From Negaprion brevirostris (lineage: Eukaryota), in contig JARDVH010000097.1 in the NCBI GenBank assembly GCA_030324005.1, positions 26,273,073-26,337,072 of the forward strand: a DNA stretch of 64,000 nt, read 5' to 3'. The position numbers and the translations under genes are program-made. The notes below the pieces were generated by a model. That model had not been told where the DNA came from. It ran no database searches and worked only from the letters and a program-made list of their open reading frames with translations. Below are positions 38,461-50,674 of this stretch, piece by piece (position 1 is the stretch's first letter; each line of letters opens with the position of its first letter).

Positions 38461-39687
38461 GGGCCAGATTTTACCAATCGGAGGCTAAGGGCCAGATCGG
38501 AGCCCGGAATCCTCATTCCAGCACACCCATATGTTTTTTGCCGGTTCCGATCTGGTCTGTGCTGTGAGCAGGGCTTAGCGCTGCCAGAACAATCGGAGCT
38601 CTGATCTGCGCGTGCGCAGTTCGAAAAGAATCTGAAACAGTGTGCCCGGGTGCGAAAGAGAAAATAGAGAGAGCTAGGGGATTGGGGGATGGACTTGGGA
38701 GAATCTCCACCCACCCGCCCAACCAGAGATCCACCTGAGCCCACCCCCTCCTCTGGCAGATGCCAGCGGAAGGCCAGGAAGGTGCTGCAGGCTGTCCAGC
38801 AAGTGCAGTAAGAAGTCTCACAACACCAATCCAACAGGACTTTAACCTGGTGTTGTGAGACTTCTTACTGTATTGATCCCAGTCCAACGCTGGCATCTCC
38901 ACATGAACAACTGCAGGTCAGAAGGATAGTGGAGGGAGGTCGAGGTAAGTTGGGGGTGTGCTGTGCCAAGGGGAGCAGGCTGCCTCCCTGGGGGGATCTG
39001 ATCGGGGGAGAGGGTGGGTGTGGTGGTGGATTGCAGGGNNNNNNNNNNNNNNNNNNNNNNNNNNNNNNNNNNNNNNNNNNNNNNNNNNNNNNNNNNNNNN
39101 NNNNNNNNNNNNNNNNNNNNNNNNNNNNNNNNNNNNNNNNNNNNNNNNNNNNNNNNNNNNNNNNNNNNNNNNNNNNNNNNNNNNNNNNNNNNNNNNNNNN
39201 NNNNNNNNNNNNNNNNNNNNNNNNNNNNNNNNNNNNNNNNNNNNNNNNNNNNNNNNNNNNNNNNNNNNNNNNNNNNNNNNNNNNNNNNNNNNNCAACCGG
39301 AGGGTTTGGATCGTGAGCTGGGGTGTTTAGTGGGGGGTCTGCAAAGGGTGTTCGAGGAGGATGGGCTTCGGAGGTTCTCCTGCAGAAAAGGAATCTGCTC
39401 CGGTTTTTTCTTCTGCAGGTTGGTAACAGCGCGGATCCAGAACGGATCCAAAGATGGTAAAGTGGGATCTGGCGGTAGAGTTGGACGCGCGGTTCATTAA
39501 ATTGATTTAAATGCATGCCAATGCATTTAAATCGTCGGGCCATCAAATTCGGGTGCGGACCGGATCCACACCCAAATTGGATGTCAGTAAAGGCGCAATC
39601 TGCTCAGTTTCGGGTGCAGATCGCGTTACAGGCCCGACACTCGAATTTACCGCGATTCGGGCACAAATGTTTGGTAAAATCGGGCCC
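38461..39687. mobile_element. Non-autonomous DNA transposon with 17-bp TIRs (Harbinger-like termini)
   Basis: gggccagattttaccaa ... ttggtaaaatcgggccc (1 mismatch); GC/CpG-rich; inverted copy at 58285-59659. Confidence 0.75.
38806..38906 (+). mobile_element. Miniature fold-back Penelope pLTR insertion
   Basis: 23-bp perfect inverted repeat (38806-38828 / 38848-38870) plus a 36-nt PLE 3' tail. Confidence 0.75.
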
Positions 39688-40417
39688 GTTGTATCTAATT
39701 GTGGGTGTGAAGACGTTAGTGATGGTTTAGAAAAGGTTCACGAGAATGGTTCCGGGTATGAGGAATTTCAATTCTAAAGTTAGACTGTAGATATTGATTC
39801 TTTTTTGAAGAAGAGAAAGTTGAGAGGAAACATGGTAGAGCTATTCAAAAATCTAGACAGAATAGAGGGAGAGAAACTATTCCTACTGCTGGAAGCATTG
39901 AGAACCAGGTCACATTCTTAAGGAAAATTGGTACAAGAAGCAACGGCGAACATGAGAANNNNNNNNNNCGAGTAATTAGAGTCTCTAATATACTGCCTGA
40001 CAGTGTGGTGGAGGCAAGTTCAATTGAAATATTGAAGAGGGAATTGGATTATTAACCTAAAAGGAAGAATGTGCAGGACTACAGGAAGAAGGCAGGGAAG
40101 TGACAGGAGATGAATTGTTCCTTTGGAGGGCCAGCACAAACTAGGCAGGCTGAATAGCACCTTTCTTTACTGTAACCATTCTGTGACACATTAATTAGTT
40201 GTTTCCATGTTTCCTTCACTCAAAGTGACTGAAATGTACATTTTGCTATACAGCACTGTGGCTCAATGCAGCAGTTAGTTCCAGAGCTCAAGAAAAGTGT
40301 AGTTAAATTTTCATTTTAAAAAAATGAAATAAATGTATTGTCATGTCCACAAATCTGATTATGTGACAAATGATTGCTGCACTTAAACTGAACAAAAATA
40401 TATTTTATTGATTTTAG

Positions 40418-40538
40418 CTATACACGTCAAGTTGTTGGCAATGGCATCAAAGCACAGTCAAGCAACCCAGAGGTAAAGGTGAAAGGAACTGACCCCGTCA
40501 TAAATCAAGTCATTGATAAACTGAAGCATATCAATCAG
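40418..40538 (+). CDS. GPC5: Glypican-5 internal coding exon (exon 6-like, 121 nt, phase 2 acceptor / phase 0 donor)
   Basis: Acceptor tattttattgattttag|C and donor CAG|gtaagc; translates (S)YTRQVVGNGIKAQSSNPEVKVKGTDPVINQVIDKLKHINQ, close to vertebrate GPC5 (YTQRVVGNGIKAQSGNPEVKVKGIDPVINQIIDKLKH, from memory) and much less like GPC3. Confidence 0.93.
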
Positions 40539-40648
40539 GTAAGCAGGAATGTTTCCAAATGACAAGGCACTACAATAAAATTACCTCAAGCTCCTGTAGC
40601 TGCATTAACTAGTACTGGAAATGGGTTGAATACATTCAACAATTCTAT

Positions 40649-41006
40649 GGCCTGAATTTTACACTTCCCCTCACCTTGCCTTGTCTGTCTTCCCCTCTCC
40701 TTGCTTCACCTCACTTCCCCCAATCCTGATGTTTCCCCCAGTCTTGAGATTCTTTCTGATGGGGGTACCCTCCAGCTAAGGCCTGTTGACCTTCCAGCAG
40801 CACCCCTTTTGGTCAGCACTGGCACCGTAGAGCTGCCACCTAATTGGCCTTCAGCTCTCCAAGGTGGGATGTCCTCTTGAGCGAGGTTGAAAGTCCTGCC
40901 TTATGCCAATCAAGGATGGTGAGAGCGGAATATGGCATTGGGAGTATCAGAGTTGGCAGGTGATATGTTCCAGGGCCGGGCCTCCACCATCTTAAAATTT
41001 CAGACC
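40649..41006. mobile_element. Harbinger-type non-autonomous element with 3-bp TSD
   Basis: TAT-ggcctgaatttta ... taaaatttcagacc-TAT. Confidence 0.65.
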
Positions 41007-43899
41007 TATGAAACGGAGAGAAGACGATATTCTTTAATTGTGTTTTTTTTCACAGCTCTAGGAAATGTATGAATTTAAAATCTGAGGATGGTAAACCATC
41101 ATGAGAATGGAACTAATTATTCCTCTGTTTAACTAACACTTGATACTGTTTCATCAGTCTGATGGAGCTACATGGGTAACTCACTGAAATTAATTAATTT
41201 TTTCATCATGGAACTTAAACAAAATATACGGATATTGGCTGGGATTTCCCAGGCCCGATCAAGGCAGACGCAATTCCCATTATGGCCAGAAATTCTTGCA
41301 AGGAGGCCATANNNNNNNNNNNNNNNNNNNNNNNNNNNNNNNNNNNNNNNNNNNNNNNNNNNNNNNNNNNNNNNNNNNNNNNNNNNNNNNNNNNNNNNNN
41401 NNNNNNNNNNNNNNNNNNNNNNNNNNNNNNNNNNNNNNNNNNNNNNNNNNNNNNNNNNNNNNNNNNNNNNNNNNNNNNNNNNNNNNNNNNNNNNNNNNNN
41501 NNNNNNNNNNNNNNNNNNNNCTAATGACCCTCTAACCTAAACTATTCCAATATTACCCATATGTCTATCCAATGACCATTTGAATGCCCTTAAAGTTATA
41601 GGTGAATATGTAGGTTGACACTGCCAGGGATGGGGAAAGAGGGCAGGGTGATAATGAGGGAGAAGATTGCCAGTAACAATGAATGGATGGGCAGGAGATT
41701 GACAGGAACAATGGAGGAGGATGTCCCAATGTCTGTTCTGGGCGGGGAGGGGGAAACCTGTATCTTAACATTGAGATCTTGGGGGTGATTCTCCCAGCTC
41801 GTTGCACTGCTCTAGCAGCACAATGGGCTGGAGACATCAGCAGAGGCTGCCTGCTGGGTGCCACAGCCTCTCCACGTCTCTGGGGCTAAGGCTTTTAGAG
41901 TCATCAGACCCCTTCTTTAGACCCCGTCTCTCAAGAATGTAGGTGCAAAGTATGCTTCCTGCTTTTTATAACAAAGTGTCAGAAGATTTGGAGTGAAAAC
42001 CTGGCTGCGTTTCTGAGAGGAAACACATCGGTCTTCAGTTAGAACCTGACACTTTGCCATTTTTGGCAAAACTTCGCCATCACGCTTTGTAATATTGCTG
42101 CTCTGTAATTTATGGTCAAACAAGAAACAACTCTACCAGGGCATCACTTCTCTCTCTGATTCTTAGGTGGAAAAGTAATTTTACCCATCTTTATTTATCT
42201 CTCCAGTGAAACAAAGAGCTTAATTCTCCCCACAAAATTTCAAAGTGTTGTCCCCGGTAGGAAAACTAGTGAAATTCATGCCAACTGGTTTGGCATAATC
42301 TAGATTGCAGTTCACCCACATTTAATTATTTGCTTGGAGCTTGTGGAGATACCTGCTGGCAAAGAGATGTGTGGAACCTAAAGACATCAGCAAGGCCAGC
42401 TCCTCACTGATAAAGACACATTTCACCCTCCGCCCAAATAACTGGTATCAGGCTCCTGCACCCAGTCACCACTACAAGTGGCTGCCCCCCTGCAGACCAA
42501 ATCCTGCTATGAGTTTGCCAAATGCACTGCCACCTTGGCACTGCTCACCAGGGTGTCAACTATGTCTCTGACCACCCAGGGATTGTAATGGCCTCTGAGC
42601 TCCTTAGGCATGGCTGCCACCCTGAGTCTCCATTTGGAAACATTGGGGATGATATCTGTTGACTTCACATTGTTTTGCCATGTCAGTGAACATAGGGAGC
42701 TGGGTGAACCCAGCTAAGATCCAGAAATGCATATTTAAATGCTGATTAAATATGCTTACCAGATTACATCACTATAAGAGGGTGGAAAGAATTCCTTTTG
42801 GGATTCTCCTCAATGCAAATTGCATTTGGCGCCTCTCACAAGATTCTCCAGCCATAACATGATTTGTGCCTGGACACACAGGTCNNNNNNNNNNNNNNNN
42901 GTCTAATGATGGCCATAAAAACCACTGTCATAATATTTAATTGTTTCTTAAATGAGCACAGAGTTCGTACAATTACTTGTCTATCTGGAAGTCGGCTCGA
43001 CACTTTTGTGTGAAGAAAAATTTTCTGAGAGTTCTAATATGACCTTTTACTATCTTGAATGAATATTCCATAATTTTACTCAAATAGGGATTTTATCGAT
43101 ACTCCAGTGTATTATGGTGGTTTGTCACACAAATGAAACAAAATGAATTTCTGTGTCAAACCACAAAACTCAATATGTAACCAACACCTCTTGCTTTGGA
43201 CAACAGATTTTTAAACTTGTGCAAAAAAAGCCAAGCACAGCCGTTTGTCTGTTTTTAATACAGCAACAACTGTTTGCACAGAGTTCTATCAAAGTCCACC
43301 AGAGAAACCACCTTAAAGTCAATTATGGAGCCAAGGAAACAGACCAAAATATTTTGAAAGTGAAAGAAGGATTCTTCGCAGCCTGTTCAAACTTTAATGA
43401 ACCAACCCCCCTTGAAATGTAATTATAAAAAGCTGCTTTGAAAAAGGGTCATCTGCACTCAAAATGTCAGCTCTTTTCTCTCCTTACAGAGGCTGCCAGA
43501 CTTGCTGAGATTTTCCAACATTTTCTCTTTTAAATCGAAGTAATACGGATGAAAATTCTCGATACTTCAAGAATCACATTCATTTATGCGATCACTTCTC
43601 AGACCTTTCTTTACATGTTGAAAAGCCCAATATTCAAACTTTTCCTCGTACCTCATACCCCTGATATGACAAATAAGGTCCTAATTCTTCTCCGCACTTC
43701 CCTGCAATTGTTTGACTTTCTCCCTTCTTTCTTGACAAACAAAAATGTAGTATTCAAGATGCCCTCTGATCACGCTACTGTCTAGTTATTTGGTGCACAG
43801 TCTGGCATTTTGGACCATGCATGTCCCAATTAGTCCCTGTCTCAATTACTCCCAGCTGAGCATATGTTCAGCTGCATGACAGATAACCCATGAGTGCTC

Positions 43900-45250
43900 T
43901 TTAAAGAGATCACATGGAACTTTCAAGAGAAGAGTTTAATAACTTCCTTTTGCTGCTACACAGGGAGAGGAAGCTCTGTGCTGAATGTTATTGAGAAGTT
44001 TCAAAAACATTTTTGGATTCCTAAGTGGATGCTACTGGAGCTGGAAGGCTGACAGAAGAGAACTTGATTCAGTACTGGGATAGTTCCTCTTGGATTACAA
44101 TATGACAAAGGCATGAGGCATAGGCAGCAAATAGGATGTTGTGTACAAAGGGAAGCAGAAGGGTCACAATAAAAGGCCTTATCCACCAAGGGGCTTCAGT
44201 GAGCACTTCCCCTACCACCATTTCAGCCAGGAAAATTTCTGTACTGCCCAAGTTCCACCAAGGAGGTAATCATTGAACTGTTTTACCTCCACAACTACAT
44301 AGCAGGGCAAGGACTGCACTACCAGTGGCCATGAAGATCACCAAGGACCTCGGTGCTAGTGGATCCCTCCAGGCAGAGCAGGCCATATTGCCAACATTGC
44401 ACCATTCACCATGCATTGTTGCATCAGTGGCCTTGTCCACCAGAAGGAGGGACCTCAGAAATTTCTCATTTATCAGACAAGCGGAAGGAGCGAGCATTTG
44501 ATTTATTTGACCATGCTAGCAGGATTCCCAACGGTGCAGGGCGCAATTGACTGCACTGAAGTAGCTCTCTTGGCCTCACATATTAATATCACAATTGCAA
44601 AGGCAGCACTTCATGAATCTACCGTTGGTGTGCAACATGTTGGTGAATTTTCACTATCCTGGCAGCAGCTATGATGCATATTATGTATGTCACTATTGAC
44701 TAAGGGTGCATAAAGAATCACTTGAGGTAGACTTGATAACTTGAACACTGGGAGTTCTTTATTTAAGGTGTGCACACATTCACATTCAAGTCTAAGACTG
44801 CTCAGCAGGGTTCTACACTGGGAGGAGCTAATTGCTCATCGGTCACCTGATCTGCATTCTTAAAGAGGCAGTCCAAACCCCAAACTCTAACATACAATAT
44901 ATACACCTATATCATAATGCATTCATCCTGCATTCCCATACCTAGCACCTTTGGGCTATCGTGAACAGAAGCTAGCTCTTTTGTGTTTGGGGCTACTGGC
45001 TCTATACCTGGCTCATGAAACCCTCCACCTCACAACTATGAATGGACGGTGAGCCACAGTGAAAGCCAAGCTGCCAAAAGGAGTGTTGTAGGACAAACCT
45101 CATGCATTCGGGACAGTTCACTGCCGGGACCACTCAGTGGTTGAGAATGTCTCTAACATCGGAGAAATTTTCTATGTTGGTAGTGGCTGTTGCATTCTCC
45201 AAAACTCAATCTTATGATGAAGCAGCCACTACTAACCCTTTACGACGTAC
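43900..45250 (+). mobile_element. PIF/Harbinger DDE transposase pseudogene (HARBI1-like)
   Basis: TKEVIIEL, RTALPVAMKIT, AGFPTVQGAIDCTEVAL, YPGSSYDA|FIL (split by a solo LTR), GY.LYTWLMKP and GCCILQN motifs in order; many frameshifts. Confidence 0.8.
44679..44916 (-). repeat. Solo LTR (238 bp) with 5-bp TSD ATGCA
   Basis: ATGCA at 44674-44678 and 44917-44921; decayed TG..CA ends (TA..TA); TTTATT at ~44758 (polyA signal on the minus strand). Confidence 0.65.
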
Positions 45251-46297
45251 TTTAAAAGGAGGAGAAAGAGGGAAGGAGGCATCTGGACCCTTTTGCTCTG
45301 TGCAAGTTGTTTGTCACTGGCTACCCAGTCTCTAGTTTCCCTGAAATATCTCTGTATCAGTTTCTCCACATTTCCTTGATTTTCCATCTCTCTCCTGTGG
45401 ATCACCACAGTGCCCTCTTGCCAAAATCCTGAAATAAAAGCACCACAAAAAAATAAACTCAATACTCCTTCCAATTGTACACCTGAAACTGAACTATTTA
45501 ACATGGTGCATCTCCATAATACTTGTCCTGCAGCTGTCATTGTTTGGCATAGTGCTGCTACAATGTCCTACTCTAGTCGTTATGAGGTGTCTCACGGAAT
45601 TCACTTACTCTCAGTGAGATAGTCACACAGGATTACCTGGACTAGCACTGGGTCTGGCAGGTCCTGCTTGGCACCATCTTGGCATAAGCAATAGCTGTCT
45701 GGGATGCCTGACTGAAAGGCACTGGCAGAGCAACGGTGGTGGGAGCACAAATGCTGTCACCTTGAGAGAATACAGGAGATTTGTGCATCATAGAGCCACT
45801 GCCACACCCCAGGGCAAAGCCTCAGCAATCTCAACTATCTGGACCACAGATTGTTGAACTGCTGTGAGAACCAGCATGCCCCTTTGAGTGCTGGGATTTG
45901 CAGACATGATGGTGACAGTCTGAACCTGCATAGCAACCACATCCACCTCATTGTAGTATGTGTTCAGGTTAATAGATGTTGACAGAGGACTGGGGAAACA
46001 GTACAATCCACATTATAGAGAAACACATAATGGTAGCTTGAGTATAGTAGCTGCTTAATAGTGTAGGTTAAAATAATTAGCCATGGTAAATGTGGGGTTA
46101 TGGGGATAGAAAAGGGGAGAAGGCCTGGATAAAATACACTGTCAGAGAGGCAGTGCAGATTTAGTGGGCCAGATGGCCTCCTTCTGCATTGTAGGGATTC
46201 TATGATTCCAGTTTAGTAAAAACCAGCAAGGAGACAGTACTGAGTTAGGGTTATACCTTGGAGATGTTTATAGTCGCGAGTTGTTAATAAACACTTA

Positions 46298-46424
46298 GGG
46301 CGGAATTTTCCCTTTCAACCCACCACAAGAATTGTAGCAGGCGGAACACCGACCATGCAAAGATCTGTTGACTTTGAGTGGGATTTTCCAGTCTTGGGGC
46401 GAGTGTGGCCGGAAAATTCCACCC
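46298..46424. mobile_element. Tourist/Harbinger MITE, 127 bp, TTA TSD
   Basis: TTA-gggcggaattttcc ... ggaaaattccaccc-TTA. Confidence 0.8.
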
Positions 46425-46982
46425 TTAATGTTCAACCACACACATTTCTGAACCTCTTAATGAGACACTGAACAAACCTTAACAACATTTGTGACTTCAG
46501 TCTGACCCTCTACTGCAGCAGTGAGAGCTCGAAAAGGATGGGCTCCACTAAGTTGAAAGCCAATGCCTCCATGCTCCTTTACAGTGATTAGAGGACGTAG
46601 GGAAGGCCTTCCAATGCATCAGGCACCTCTGTATGTCTGCCCATCAGTGTTGTCTTGTAGGCTGCACCAATGTCCTCCTGTGTCCAGTCTAATTCCACCT
46701 GCCGCCTCACCCTCTAGTGAGTTTGCACATTCATTACCACTCCTTCTGCCTTAGCTGCAACCCAGCCATGCTGAGTAAAGCATGATGTCTATTCTGCCTT
46801 CTAAAATGTAGTGCCAGTGTGGTGGCTGCAATTGACAGATCAAGTGATGTTGCTTCTACGTAAGAGGTTTGCAGTTGCTCCCACTCAGAAAGAATGAGGC
46901 TGGTCAGATAGCAAATCTTTGGGGTCTGAAATCAATTATGCAGAAACTAAAGTGTTCATCTGAATGAATGCAAATAGGGTGG

Positions 46983-49447
46983 TATTGTGTCATGTGCATG
47001 TATGGTAATGTAAAGGTGGCTCAGTAGAAATGCACTGTCCACAACATGATTATATAGAGTAACTCTGGAAGGAGAATGGCTTAGAAACAGAACTCTGTTA
47101 GCAAATGTGCTTCCATATGCATGGAAGCAGCATCATGTATGACTGTAATCGAGGATCTGTGAATGGTTTAAGACTACCAACAAGAAGAAAACTTGAAGAA
47201 CAGGTTGAAGAAACTTCACTACAGTGTACACTAGAGTGTCACAGTTCTTAAGACAGTGAGCAAAAATGATTTAAAAAAGAAGTGGTACTTACATTTTTGA
47301 CCATGTGGCAGAACCACAGACTCAGTAGCTGGCAAAGCTGCAAGTGAAAACAAAGGTTTAAAAAGCTCTGCAGAGGAAAGACTGGCAAAGTTAATTATAG
47401 CACCATTCAAAAGAGGGAAAAGTCCCTGCAGAATTACTCTGAATACAATCCTTCCAAGAAATTTGGAAATGCTAAATTCTCAGTTTTGAAAAAGCTAAAG
47501 CAAGAAGGCACAGTTTGTCCCAAAGTAAAGCAGAGGCGTAACCAAGTCTTATGCACAGTGCACACAAAGAGATGAAACACTATCTTTATTGATATGTTTG
47601 TTGAAAATGCCACACCTGCAAAGCTTTTTCAAAGATCTTTCCAGCAACAAGGCCTCATGAAAAGATGGAGGGAAGCCAACTGTATCTTAGCATCTACAGC
47701 CTGTACGAAAAGTAATTAGAAGACACCCCAGAGGAAGAGGGCAACTCCACTGACACCAGTGAAAAGACAACTCCACCAAGGATAACAAACTCTGGTGAAG
47801 GCAGTAAGAGACCCCAGAGAGCAGGCAACAAAAAATAAACAATTGAAAGATATTGTTATGTTGTGGCAATTATTGCATTGTCAGGAGATTTCAGATTTTT
47901 TGCAGAACAAACTGTATTTATTCAGGGATTTGGTACAGGAGGGTTGCAGTGCTCCAGTCCTTACATGCTTACAACATGACTTTGAGATGATTCTGCCTGA
48001 GTGAGGACTCTACCCTCTGGTCTGATCACTGACTCAGTTTCTTTGGTCCCTCAAGTCAGGTGACTCACTTCTGCTGTTTTGTCTTAAAGAGACAATCACC
48101 ACATACACAACAAGAGATCGATGCAAAAAGAATGTGTAACCATTCATCCACATGAAGAAATGAAGGCTGTCTTCAATGACGACATGAAAGCACTTCAAAA
48201 GAAAGACCTTCACATGCTGCAAGAAGTCCTTAGGGCAAGGTTAATTCCTTTGAAAGATTACAAGGGGAAGGAAATATGTTTCATGTCACTCTGAACAACC
48301 TGAGGAATCATGTAGCAGAGATGACTCAGCAATGTTCAATATTCCAGGAGGAAGCTGAAATCCACAAGAAAGAGATGAAGAGCTGAAAAAGCAGCTGAAT
48401 GGAAATGAGGAGGCATTGAAAATAAAAGCTGTAGAACCTCCCAAGCTGTGAGTAGGCAATGATGTTATTAGTAACACATTTGCAGAACTGAAACAAGTTA
48501 AGACATCACTGGAGACAAACCTGGCCAACATTGAAGCTAAAATGAAGGACAAAGACAAAGTTCTGTTGCAGACAGAGAAAGAACACACAAAATGAGATAG
48601 GAAACTGTAAATTAAACATTGAAGCACAAGGAGAAGCAAAAAAAACTTTGGGTATCTCGAATGTACTGAGAGCCACTGAACTGAATGATCCATAAGTTTG
48701 CAAAATGATTTGTGAATATAACAACAAACAAATGTTTGGCTCAAATTACAAAACAGCGGGAAATGAAAGTTCCATTTGCACAACGTAAGCACGCAACAAG
48801 AACATGGTGGACACCATAAAGAAAAGAAAATTTGATTCCAGCCTAAGAATGAACATTCCCTGCAGAAGGGACAAAATAAACCCACAGTGTCTGAGAAAAA
48901 CAGACAAGTTCTTAATGAAGAGACACACAACTCAGAGGAGCTGATCAAATGGAGACAGCAAAATACCAGAAACACAGAGTACTGCTACCATTCCTCCAAA
49001 TTAACAGACCGAGAAGTGGGAAAACCGTCAAACCTCACAACTGTCAGAATTCATAAAGTCAGATATTTGAGAGGGAGAGCAGGGATGGCAAATAAAAATT
49101 GTATTGTAGGTCCCATAGAAGGGAGGAAAGTTTACTTTAGAGAAGAGGGATGTTCTGCTACATGCCTGTGTGCACTGTAATTTAAAGGTGCTTGGCAGTG
49201 CAAGGTTTAACATGTTACTGGAGGATAGGGCTGCCCATGGTATGATGTACAGAGTCACATAATGAAAGACACTGGAAGGAGAAACAGAACTCTGAAAACA
49301 AGCAGCCTACCTGCATGGTAGCAACACTACACATGACTGTACCTGGGCTCTGTAAATAGTTAAAGACTACCAACAAGCAGTTCCTGTTTCAACACACAAG
49401 TTTTGCGATCTCTTCCTCAAGACATCACTGCATCCCATAGTATAACA
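46983..49447 (+). mobile_element. Non-autonomous LTR element with decayed coiled-coil ORF and 5-bp TSD GGTGG
   Basis: Diverged direct repeats at 46983-~47187 and 49151-49447; PPT agagaagaggga before 49151; TGTT...AACA 3' LTR ends; GGTGG at 46978-46982 and 49448-49452. Confidence 0.7.
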
Positions 49448-49899
49448 GGTGGAAAGTATGGTGTTTCATGCTAACACCATCTGTGACTTGCACATCATAC
49501 CTGAGAATTGGATGAGAGTGATATAGGCTTTCAGAAGGCACATAAAGCAGAACACTAAATCATACTGACCATCCTCAGCAGTGCTGGTTGTATAACAGGG
49601 AGCAGTGTCTCCTCAAAAGACTCTGAAAATGCAGGAGTTCCTGTTGCCTGCTGGTTGTCTGTTGCTCCCTGTGGTTATGTATGACCTTGTCTCACGAGAA
49701 GGCGAGGAGATCAGTAAGCATGTTGCACTGTGTTTGGGTGATGTGCTTCCCATTGCTGAATAACCAGAATTGTGTCAAAACCATTGGAGATAGATATGAG
49801 TGGGGCAGCATTGATAAGTGTGCCAGTGTGAACTGGAGCATCTGACTGCTAGGCGTGAGTGAGGCCACAGCTGGAGGATAGGGAGTGGCTGTTCCCCTT

Positions 49900-50136
49900 A
49901 GTGAAGGGCCACTTAGAGGAGACACAAGTTAAAAGTGAGGGGTGGGAAATTTAGGGGGAATTTGAGAAAAAACTTTATTACCCAGAGGGTGGAATGCACT
50001 GTCCGTTGTTTGGTGGTCAAGGCGGGATGCCTCACATCCTTTAAAAAGTACCTGGATGAGTATTTGGTATGCTATAACATTCAAGGCTATGGGCCAAGTG
50101 CTGGCAAGTGGAATTAATTGGACAGGTTATGGCCTT
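49900..50136 (+). mobile_element. CR1 3' fragment
   Basis: RGGKFRGNLRKNFITQRV...SFKKYLDEYL C-terminal CR1 ORF2 motif. Confidence 0.75.
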
Positions 50137-50469
50137 NNNNNNNNNNNNNNNNNNNNNNNNNNNNNNNNNNNNNNNNNNNNNNNNNNNNNNNNNNNNNNNN
50201 NNNNNNNNNNNNNNNNNNNNNNNNNNNNNNNNNNNNTTGAAGATTCACTTACTGACCTTAAGCACAAACTTAATCACAGAATTATTGTCAGCACTGCAGT
50301 CAGGCCCTTGGAGAATTTACCTTCCTGGCCATGTACTTCCATTCTGTTTAGAAGCTGAGCTTTAAGGACCCCCTGGTTCACCTTGGAAACATGGCCTCTT
50401 TTCTTTCTCCATCCTGGAGGAGCCTCCTGCTGAGAACCTGGGAGATCTCTCTCTGCCTTGTTGCTCCAC

Positions 50470-50674
50470 CGTAAGAAGTCTCACAACACCACATTAAATT
50501 CCAACAGGTTTATTTGGTAGCAAAATCCATTAGCTTTCGGAGCGCTGCTCCTTCGTCAGGTTACCTCTGAAAGCTAGTGGATTTTGTTCCCAAATAAACC
50601 TGTTGGCCTTTAACCTGGTGTTGTGAGACTTCTTACTGTGTTTACCCCAGTCCAATGCCGGCATCTCCACATCA
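50470..50674 (+). mobile_element. Miniature fold-back Penelope insertion (inverted pLTR + direct pLTR + tail) with 12-bp TSD
   Basis: 72-bp imperfect inverted arms at 50471-50542 / 50565-50636; TTGTTGCTCCAC at 50458-50469 and 50675-50686; hammerhead motif on the minus strand at 50527-50561. Confidence 0.88.

Larger units (their letters stand above)
38270..40185 (+). mobile_element. Decayed CR1 3' region split by a DNA element (CR1 parts 38270-38460 and 39688-40185)
   Basis: W.DKWQFKFNAK and LNLY.TL motifs, resuming after the insertion with LEKVxxR.TRMVPGMR and a typical CR1 3' UTR. Confidence 0.7.

Noticed and set aside
48286-48975. 229-aa Cys/Phe/Ser-rich ORF on the minus strand
   Set aside because: It is the antisense shadow of the A-rich, coding-like plus strand inside the LTR element; no recognisable domain.
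50471-50636. Long hairpin considered as a possible microRNA gene
   Set aside because: Fully explained by inverted Penelope terminal repeats with a TSD; no known miRNA recognised.
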